From the IMG/VR virus record IMGVR_UViG_3300032303_000109, positions 1-40,880 of that record: a DNA stretch of 40,880 nucleotides; one strand, written 5' to 3'. Positions within the stretch are counted from its first letter, which is position 1, and the number at the start of each line of letters is the position of its first letter. The stretch comes from a virus. Its lineage: Duplodnaviria > Caudoviricetes. Both the position numbers and the translations under genes were made by a program. Shown here piece after piece: positions 28,501-34,080 of the stretch. The notes under the pieces were generated by a model. It was not told the origin of the DNA. It ran no database searches and saw only the letters and a list, made by a program, of their open reading frames with translations.

Positions 28501-29607
28501 GATTACTAATAGATTCTTAGAAACGTAGAGTTCGGTACCAGGATTTGTATTAGGTGTTTGACCAATAACAAAAGTATCATCATCTTCGTTCCAGAACATA
28601 CCTATGTTGTATGATTCTGCGTTAGCGTTCAGATAACGTTGAAGAACAATACCTGTATCGTTAATAGGGTTTGTTGTTTGACCAGTATTAAGTACAATAA
28701 AGCTATTACTTACATCAAGTGTAGATGTTTGAACAAATGTAGTTGTACCACCAACAATTAGATTACCTGTCAGTGTTACGTCTGTGAAGTATGCAGCGTT
28801 GGCTTTAACAAGACCAATAATTGGAGGGGATGTCCATTTATAGCCGTTTAGGAAGTTAGCATCATTAGCGTAAATAGCAGAATTGGTATTCAACGCAGCT
28901 GCCGCATTTCCAGTCAAATATGTCGCGCTATTAGCAGTATAAGCAAACAGAGCATTAGTAGCAAACACTGCTGAGTTTACATTGAGTTCATTTTCCCTCT
29001 TGCCATATGCAAATACAGTATCATTAGCAATATATGCAAAATCAGCGTTAGTAGCAAATACAGCACTATTAACATTTAATTGATTTTGACGTTTACCATA
29101 TGCAAAAGCAGTATCGTTTGCGTTATATGCAAAGTTAGCATTTGTTGAAAACGTAGCTTGGTTAGCTGTATATGCAAAGTTTGCATTTGTTGAAAACGTA
29201 GCTTGGTTAGCTGTATATGCAAAGCTCGCATTCGTAGAGAAAGTAGATTGATTCGATGTTAAAGCGAACTGGGCATTCGTAGAAAATGTAGATTGATTTG
29301 ATGTATATGCAAAGTTTGCATTTGTAGAGAATGTCGCTTGATTCGATGTTAAAGCGAATTGAGCATTCGTAGAAAAAGTAGATTGATTTGATGTTAAAGC
29401 AAATTGAGCGTTTGTTGAAAACGTAGCTTGGTTAGCGCTGTTAGCAAACTGACTTACAAAAAGCCATTTTACTCCATCAGAATAATATAACTTATCGTCC
29501 GTAGCAAAAACTATCGCCCCTTCATATAGAGTGGCGTCTAGTGTAGTAATATCTACGGGTACGCCCTGCCCTATAACAAGAGAAGAGCCGGAGTTATATT
29601 TTGTCAT
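25591..29607 (-). CDS. Long Gly-X-Y (GFNGS-type) repeat tail fibre with C-terminal peptidase S74 intramolecular chaperone (cassette A)
   Basis: G-[FY]-[NDT]-G-S-x tracts with three knob inserts. C-terminus FYSSDRRLKENI..I..AL.KL..I.GV.F.W...GIIAQEV..VLPEVV...LAVKYEKI..L.I..I.EL is a peptidase S74 domain plus coiled coil. Confidence 0.85.
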   Translation of the reverse strand: MTKYNSGSSLVIGQGVPVDITTLDATLYEGAIVFATDDKLYYSDGVKWLFVSQFANSANQATFSTNAQFALTSNQSTFSTNAQFALTSNQATFSTNANFAYTSNQSTFSTNAQFALTSNQSTFSTNASFAYTANQATFSTNANFAYTANQATFSTNANFAYNANDTAFAYGKRQNQLNVNSAVFATNADFAYIANDTVFAYGKRENELNVNSAVFATNALFAYTANSATYLTGNAAAALNTNSAIYANDANFLNGYKWTSPPIIGLVKANAAYFTDVTLTGNLIVGGTTTFVQTSTLDVSNSFIVLNTGQTTNPINDTGIVLQRYLNANAESYNIGMFWNEDDDTFVIGQTPNTNPGTELYVSKNLLVISNTGVVTIDLNANNATITNLNLTSLTANGSLGAPGQVLTTNGTATYWSTSYTGSRGFDGSVGYTGSRGAGYNGSTGYTGSVGFGGSVGFGGSVGYTGSVGYAGSTGFNGSTGYTGSIGFGGSVGYIGSAGFNGSTGFTGSVGYTGSIGYTGSTGFNGSTGFNGSTGFSGSVGFNGSVGYTGSKGFQGSTGFNGSVGWTGSTGYNGSTGFNGSVGFNGSVGYTGSRGAGYDGSTGYNGSTGFNGSVGFNGSVGYTGSVGAGFNGSTGFNGSRGFNGSVGYTGSVGYTGSRGRAITIKTSVTNYSDLSSISAVEGDAVVVTSTGRLYIYDGAGWGDGIPFVGYTGSIGFTGSTGFNGSKGFDGSVGFNGSRGFDGSKGFNGSAGFNGSAGFNGSVGFNGSRGFDGSVGYAGSKGEVGASIKIIGPRANEAALPDAATYGGAAGDAFITIDTGNIWIYTSNTSTKTFTDGGRFIGFNGSKGFDGSKGFDGSKGFDGSVGFNGSLGFAGSVGYNGSRGFDGSKGFDGSKGFDGSVGYAGSIGYYGSVGYNGSRGFDGSTGFNGSTGFNGSTGFNGSKGFDGSKGDTGNSVKIRGSVDTVTSIPYYGNEVNYLNQPGNAISDAYITTDTGNIYSFSGTAWVNAGRFVGYNGSKGFDGSKGFNGSTGFNGSKGFDGSGGYNGSTGFNGSKGFDGSTGTGYNGSTGFNGSVGYNGSKGFDGSTGAGYNGSTGFNGSTGFNGSKGFDGSKGFDGSTGFNGSTGYNGSNGFNGSKGFDGSTGFNGSTGYNGSRGDLGFDGSKGFNGSTGFNGSTGYNGSNGFNGSKGFDGSVGYAGSKGTFDTNANAQVYSLGVGTSASSTQGEIRATADITAFYSSDRRLKENIIPIESALDKLGKITGVMFDWTDDYIQSRGGEDGYFVRKRDTGIIAQEVQAVLPEVVAERVDGTLAVKYEKILGLVIQGINELKNQLDELKANR
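26011..28350 (-). repeat. Coding 18-bp degenerate tandem repeat (G-[FY]-[NDT]-G-S-[TKVR]) in four blocks
   Basis: Visible in DNA (agaaccattgaaacc-like units) and in the translation. Confidence 0.9.
28933..29433 (-). repeat. Coding tandem repeats: 7 x 45 bp (NQ[AS]TFSTNAxFA[LY]x[SA], 29119-29433) followed by 2 x 93 bp (NDTxFAYGKRxNxLNVNSAVFATNAxFAYxA, 28933-29118)
   Basis: Counted directly from the translation. Confidence 0.9.
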
Positions 29608-30038
29608 GCTACTCTAACCTCAAAGTCTTCTCTTTGATTGACGATATATGTGAAATGTGCTGTCGCAGCACCGGATGCTATAACTTCTAACTTCTCTCCT
29701 GATAGTAGAACCTGTCTTTCAAAAGTGATAGTCAAGAAATCGTTAGGAGGAATGGCAGTGTTAGCTATAATTGGATAAGCAATACTATCCGTACCTATAA
29801 TTCGAGCAGATGCTTTTATTGAAACTGCAGGACCTGTGGTTGTATTGGTAATAATAAGCCCTGTTACAATAGCCGCTGTGTTCACAAACTTGGCTTCAAC
29901 TGGTCCATTCAATGGTATATAATATCTGGGAACCGTTACGAGTTCGGTCCAGATCGCAGGATTAGAGAGATTCTTACGAGATGCTTCGAATATGTTTAAA
30001 GGCGGTCTTGGGGTTATTGTATTTGCTGCTAAAGCCAT
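29604..30038 (-). CDS. Small beta-sandwich-like structural protein (cassette A)
   Basis: 144 aa; PLNIF, AIV....ITN.T, IPPND.L, VL.SGE.L motifs; paralogue of 16095-16562. Confidence 0.7.
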   Translation of the reverse strand: MALAANTITPRPPLNIFEASRKNLSNPAIWTELVTVPRYYIPLNGPVEAKFVNTAAIVTGLIITNTTTGPAVSIKASARIIGTDSIAYPIIANTAIPPNDFLTITFERQVLLSGEKLEVIASGAATAHFTYIVNQREDFEVRVA

Positions 30039-30041
30039 GTG

Positions 30042-32120
30042 TTAGCCTCCTATGCCAACGATTAGTGGAAGGGTAATATTCTGCACGCCACGGGAGAATG
30101 CTTGCCCTTCAATTGTACTGCGTTCGAAATCGACTTTTAAGTCTTTACCTAGATAGGTATCGCCTTGTTCTGTATTGAATGTTGCGTAAATAATACCGCC
30201 ATTCGATTGATAAAGATTTGTTGTTGGATCAGTTGCGGTGCCGGAAGCACGCTGTCCAAATGGTAGCGCGTTGTAGTTAACGCCAGAACCCGCATAAGAG
30301 AACTGATGGGATGCAGCTTCAATCTTAGATGGGAATGGTAATGTATAGGATATAGGATTACTAATAACATTATTTGCTAAATTAAAATACTGATCGATTA
30401 GCTGACTCGCCACCTCAGCTTCTGATTCATGAGCTGTATTAGGTAAGTAAGCTAAAGTCTTTAGTTCAGTTCTAATTTTATCCCAGCTTGCTAAGAAGTA
30501 TGGTTTTAGTGATTCACTAAAAGCAAGAACAGAGTTTGCAGTATAAGGTCCAGTAGTGTTTGCTTTAAATAAACTCTGTGTCCAGAATATAACACTCTTA
30601 TCTTGACCCGAAATTAGATCCTCTGCTGTCTCTTTAAGAATAGTTTCTGTATCTCGAAGCGCAAGCGCATTATTAGCGCCGGTTATCGCTGTAGTCCAGT
30701 TTGGGATAGATGGAAAACCTACAATAGTATTACTGTTTAACTTTGTCGCAATAGTAGAAACATTGTTTGCGATATAGTAACCAAAATTAGGGCATTTTAG
30801 ACCAATTAAGTTTTGATTTGCAATGCCAGGTACCCGTATTGCGTATCTGAACCCCGTTGATGCGAAAGCGTAATCGCCGAACGTAGCATTGGAATTAACA
30901 ACAGTTACCTGCCCTCCAGCATGAGCCCATATACCTACACGAGACCAGTTGGTAAATACAGAAACAAGTTGTACTAGAGCGCTATTAACAATTGCATAAC
31001 CAATACCATTTGGGTTAACAGCCGTAAACGAGTCAACAACAACTGAACGCAATGGAGAGTCTGGATCTAGAATAGCGCCATCTGCGTACAGATTTCCGCC
31101 GGTCATTGGTACTAATGGATTGCCGGATTGTCTATCTTGCGGACCAGACATTTCCTGATATGATAGATCGTGTAATACGCAACAATCCCCAATATATGGA
31201 GAACGTGAAATATATGCGCCTGGTTTGAATGCAAAAGCATAACCTTTTTTCGGCGGACCATAATCTAGAGAAGCATAATCCTTACCGCCTGAAGTATATT
31301 TTACAGAATTATACCATGAAGCTTCGTGTCTTAATCCAGTAAAAGTAAATCCTCTAACCTTAATACCTGAGTTAAGAAGAAACATGTTGTTTTCTCTCGA
31401 ACCCCCTACTTCAGCAAGTGTAAGTTTAGTTACACGAGCATCGTAGCCATATAATGCGCAACCTGCAGGTATTTCAGTATTTGGTGCAACTTCATACTCA
31501 CCTGGATGTACAATAATAACACATGACTTACCTACAGCATTCGCCGCTAAAAGAGCAGCTCCAATAGTCTGGAATGGCTTATAGATAGACATACCAGTAT
31601 TGCTGGTCTGACGAATATATGTGTTAGCGTCATTATCATTACCGTTCATAGTAACATAGAACGTACGCTCAACATGTTTACGTGGTGTAAGTTGTTGTGC
31701 TAGCGCTGGTAGCAAGCCTGTATTAGCCCATGAGCCAGAACCTGAATCTCCTCGTTTATAATACCAATCATTATTAACAATGGTAGGATCTTTATATACC
31801 AATGCAATTGAGTTATTGGCAAATGAAAGATTTGCTGCTAGTGTAGTTGTATTTGCGGTAATAAAGTCGACTTTTGCCAGGCCAGCGGCTGAAAGAGCTG
31901 TAATAGTTTCTTCAAGATTATTAACACGGGGGATTTCTAATGTACCAGTGACAATCTCACCAAACTTATCGATAGTGAATTGACTCAAACCATTTCTTTT
32001 AAGGTCGAGAAGTTTCGAACTAACGTCCGAATATGCATCGTAGGTGTTCATTTTAACAGAGGTAAAACTGGTAGCGGAATCCGCCCAGGTATCTCTCATG
32101 TCATAAATTTTAGTCGTCAC
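30042..32120 (-). CDS. Beta-helix (pectin-lyase-like) virion protein with globin/phycobiliprotein-like insert (cassette A)
   Basis: GTG start with SD AAGGGA. Motifs FYVTMNGND, PFQTIGAAL, IIVHPGEY, AFKPGAYISRSPYI, SPLRSVVVDSFT..NPNGIGY, QLVSVFT, ASHQFSYAGSGVNYNALP, TEQGD..LG. Confidence 0.75.
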   Translation of the reverse strand: MTTKIYDMRDTWADSATSFTSVKMNTYDAYSDVSSKLLDLKRNGLSQFTIDKFGEIVTGTLEIPRVNNLEETITALSAAGLAKVDFITANTTTLAANLSFANNSIALVYKDPTIVNNDWYYKRGDSGSGSWANTGLLPALAQQLTPRKHVERTFYVTMNGNDNDANTYIRQTSNTGMSIYKPFQTIGAALLAANAVGKSCVIIVHPGEYEVAPNTEIPAGCALYGYDARVTKLTLAEVGGSRENNMFLLNSGIKVRGFTFTGLRHEASWYNSVKYTSGGKDYASLDYGPPKKGYAFAFKPGAYISRSPYIGDCCVLHDLSYQEMSGPQDRQSGNPLVPMTGGNLYADGAILDPDSPLRSVVVDSFTAVNPNGIGYAIVNSALVQLVSVFTNWSRVGIWAHAGGQVTVVNSNATFGDYAFASTGFRYAIRVPGIANQNLIGLKCPNFGYYIANNVSTIATKLNSNTIVGFPSIPNWTTAITGANNALALRDTETILKETAEDLISGQDKSVIFWTQSLFKANTTGPYTANSVLAFSESLKPYFLASWDKIRTELKTLAYLPNTAHESEAEVASQLIDQYFNLANNVISNPISYTLPFPSKIEAASHQFSYAGSGVNYNALPFGQRASGTATDPTTNLYQSNGGIIYATFNTEQGDTYLGKDLKVDFERSTIEGQAFSRGVQNITLPLIVGIGG

Positions 32121-32144
32121 GCATATATCCCTTATATTTTATTT

Positions 32145-32152
32145 TATTTATA
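32145..32152 (-). promoter_or_regulatory. T4 late promoter (TATAAATA) driving fibre cassette A and, by inference, the heme oxygenase
   Basis: Exact motif about 25 nt upstream of the GTG at 32120. Confidence 0.85.
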
Positions 32153-32160
32153 ATATGGAA

Positions 32161-32532
32161 TTAAGCCGGAGAAGTTGGCCATATAACTCTATTTGCATAT
32201 ATGTAGTCTTGAGGAAGGTCACGTAGAGCCTGTCTATAAACTGCCCATGCGTTCTTATCACCGGGCCAATCAAGTAACTGGGTATAATCGCTTTGTTGTA
32301 ATATATTATTTCTTTTTGCTCTAATATCTTCCCAGGTAACAGAAGGAGGCGGGGCATCTACAACTACTAGCTTACCGTTTTGGTTGATAATCTGTTTACC
32401 ACCTACACTAAGTTGTTCCATCAATAGATAATGTTCTTCTTCGGTTATTTCTACTAGATCATCTGGCAGATCGGGATAATCAATAGAAACTGGATAGAAA
32501 CCTTTTGTACTTACACTATATCTAATTGTCAT
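32161..32532 (-). CDS. tfa: Tail fibre assembly chaperone (Tfa/phage tail assembly chaperone)
   Basis: YS.STKGFY...PDD.VEIT.EE...L and W..IRAKRN..L..SD.TQL.D.P...W..YRQALRDLP....WP..P motifs. Confidence 0.85.
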   Translation of the reverse strand: MTIRYSVSTKGFYPVSIDYPDLPDDLVEITEEEHYLLMEQLSVGGKQIINQNGKLVVVDAPPPSVTWEDIRAKRNNILQQSDYTQLLDWPGDKNAWAVYRQALRDLPQDYIYANRVIWPTSPA

Positions 32533-32536
32533 AATG

Positions 32537-33889
32537 TTAATATCCTATTGCAATGAACATGTGAGGGATGCCTTGGTTCGGCAAGCTATCATAACTACTT
32601 GCACCAAACGTAGATTTGCTTCTTATCCAGAAAGTCGGGTTATTCTGCTTGCTATATGTCGCTTGATCTTTTGATACAGATCCAACTATAGATAGACACG
32701 CAGAAGGAAATGCTATAGGAAAACTAAAAGTGGATGCGCCAGTATCGGCATTAGCATTAGCTAATTGTCCCCATTGTATAATAATTCCATTTGGTAATTT
32801 AGTATAGCCACCATAACTAGTATAACCGCCTACACTTGCCAAGGCCCGAGTCATCGATGTATCATTTTCAAAATCTGCTGCAGAAATTATTTTATTTTCA
32901 CCTAGATACGCTGTACCATCGGACTTGAGTGTTATAGCTGCGGTTCCGCCCTTATTAGGGGAATAAATCTTAACGCCATTAGTAAACCGTAATGAACCAT
33001 AACCGTCGTCTAGGTCAGCAATGTCTCCGTTATTTAAATTGATATTTCCGGTAGTCGTTATGTCTCCATCAAAAGACGCACTGTTCGACCAAGCCCAGTT
33101 GCCATCGTTAGTAATATCTGCATATGCTATTTCTTGATTGCCAACAGAATTTGTTATTTGAAAGTAAGCATGAGGAGTAGATGAATCCGTTGCTCTTATT
33201 CTGACACCGCCTGTTCTACCTCCAGCGGGTGTAAGCGCATCGATATAACCATTAAAACGAAAAGATGTAGAGTTTAGTAAGAAAGTATCAACGTTTCTAA
33301 TTTTATACTGATCAGCCGTGATTGTGGTAAAAGTTCCTGTACTAGGAGTGGTTACACCAATTTCATCAGGAGAAGCCCAGCTCTTATTTAATAAGGTAGT
33401 TGCGTTAGTTGTCAGTGTAGATATATAAGTGGTATTTACAGATACACCGCTAGTATCTACTTTAATACCTGTCCCTGCTTTAACAGTTATAGTACCAGTT
33501 GTATCTATCGGTCCACCGGCTAGTCCATTTCCAGTGATTATTTTTGTCACCGTACCAGATCCTGGAGGACTTGACCAATATACAACACTTCCGTCGGTGG
33601 TAAGAACCTGACCAGCACCGCCATTACTATTGTTTAGTAGAAGTTTTGCACTTGGAGAAATAACAAAATGTGTAGAATTAGCAGTGTAGCTATTGGTTGC
33701 AATAGTATTAGCAGTAAATGTACCATACAAACGAGCGTTTTTAGATTCGTTGATAGATCCTGTTATACCTTGAGTAGAATTAGCCGTTAGAACTTCACTA
33801 GAAAGCGCACTAATGATATCATTAGTTCGTAGAAGCCAAGTATTGAAGGTTTCTGTTTGTATATCTACGTTGGCGATTTGTTTAGCCAT
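32537..33889 (-). CDS. Tail fibre protein with gp53-like C-terminal domain
   Basis: N-terminal TETFNTWLLRTN anchor motif; GTVT.I.TGNGL.GGPI..TGTI; C-terminal GYTKLPNGIIIQWG...FPIAFPSAC...AIGY; followed by a Tfa gene. Confidence 0.8.
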   Translation of the reverse strand: MAKQIANVDIQTETFNTWLLRTNDIISALSSEVLTANSTQGITGSINESKNARLYGTFTANTIATNSYTANSTHFVISPSAKLLLNNSNGGAGQVLTTDGSVVYWSSPPGSGTVTKIITGNGLAGGPIDTTGTITVKAGTGIKVDTSGVSVNTTYISTLTTNATTLLNKSWASPDEIGVTTPSTGTFTTITADQYKIRNVDTFLLNSTSFRFNGYIDALTPAGGRTGGVRIRATDSSTPHAYFQITNSVGNQEIAYADITNDGNWAWSNSASFDGDITTTGNINLNNGDIADLDDGYGSLRFTNGVKIYSPNKGGTAAITLKSDGTAYLGENKIISAADFENDTSMTRALASVGGYTSYGGYTKLPNGIIIQWGQLANANADTGASTFSFPIAFPSACLSIVGSVSKDQATYSKQNNPTFWIRSKSTFGASSYDSLPNQGIPHMFIAIGY

Positions 33890-33894
33890 AATGT

Positions 33895-34080
33895 TTATTT
33901 TCCGCCTATAACCTGTTGCAACATTTCTTTAATATCAGATAACTCTGATTTAAGATTATTCAATTCCTGACACACAGACTCTATTTTCTTCTTATCATGT
34001 CGACGTGCAAGAATTGTTTGATAATCTTTCTCGTTAGTATTTATAACAAGTCCCGAGGAGGTATCTCTAAGATAAGACAT
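33895..34080 (-). CDS. Small conserved coiled-coil protein typically following VrlC/DUF4815 in T4-like phages
   Basis: YLRDTSSGLVINT.....Y and ELNNLKSELSDIKEMLQQ; coupled to the upstream stop. Confidence 0.75.
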   Translation of the reverse strand: MSYLRDTSSGLVINTNEKDYQTILARRHDKKKIESVCQELNNLKSELSDIKEMLQQVIGGK

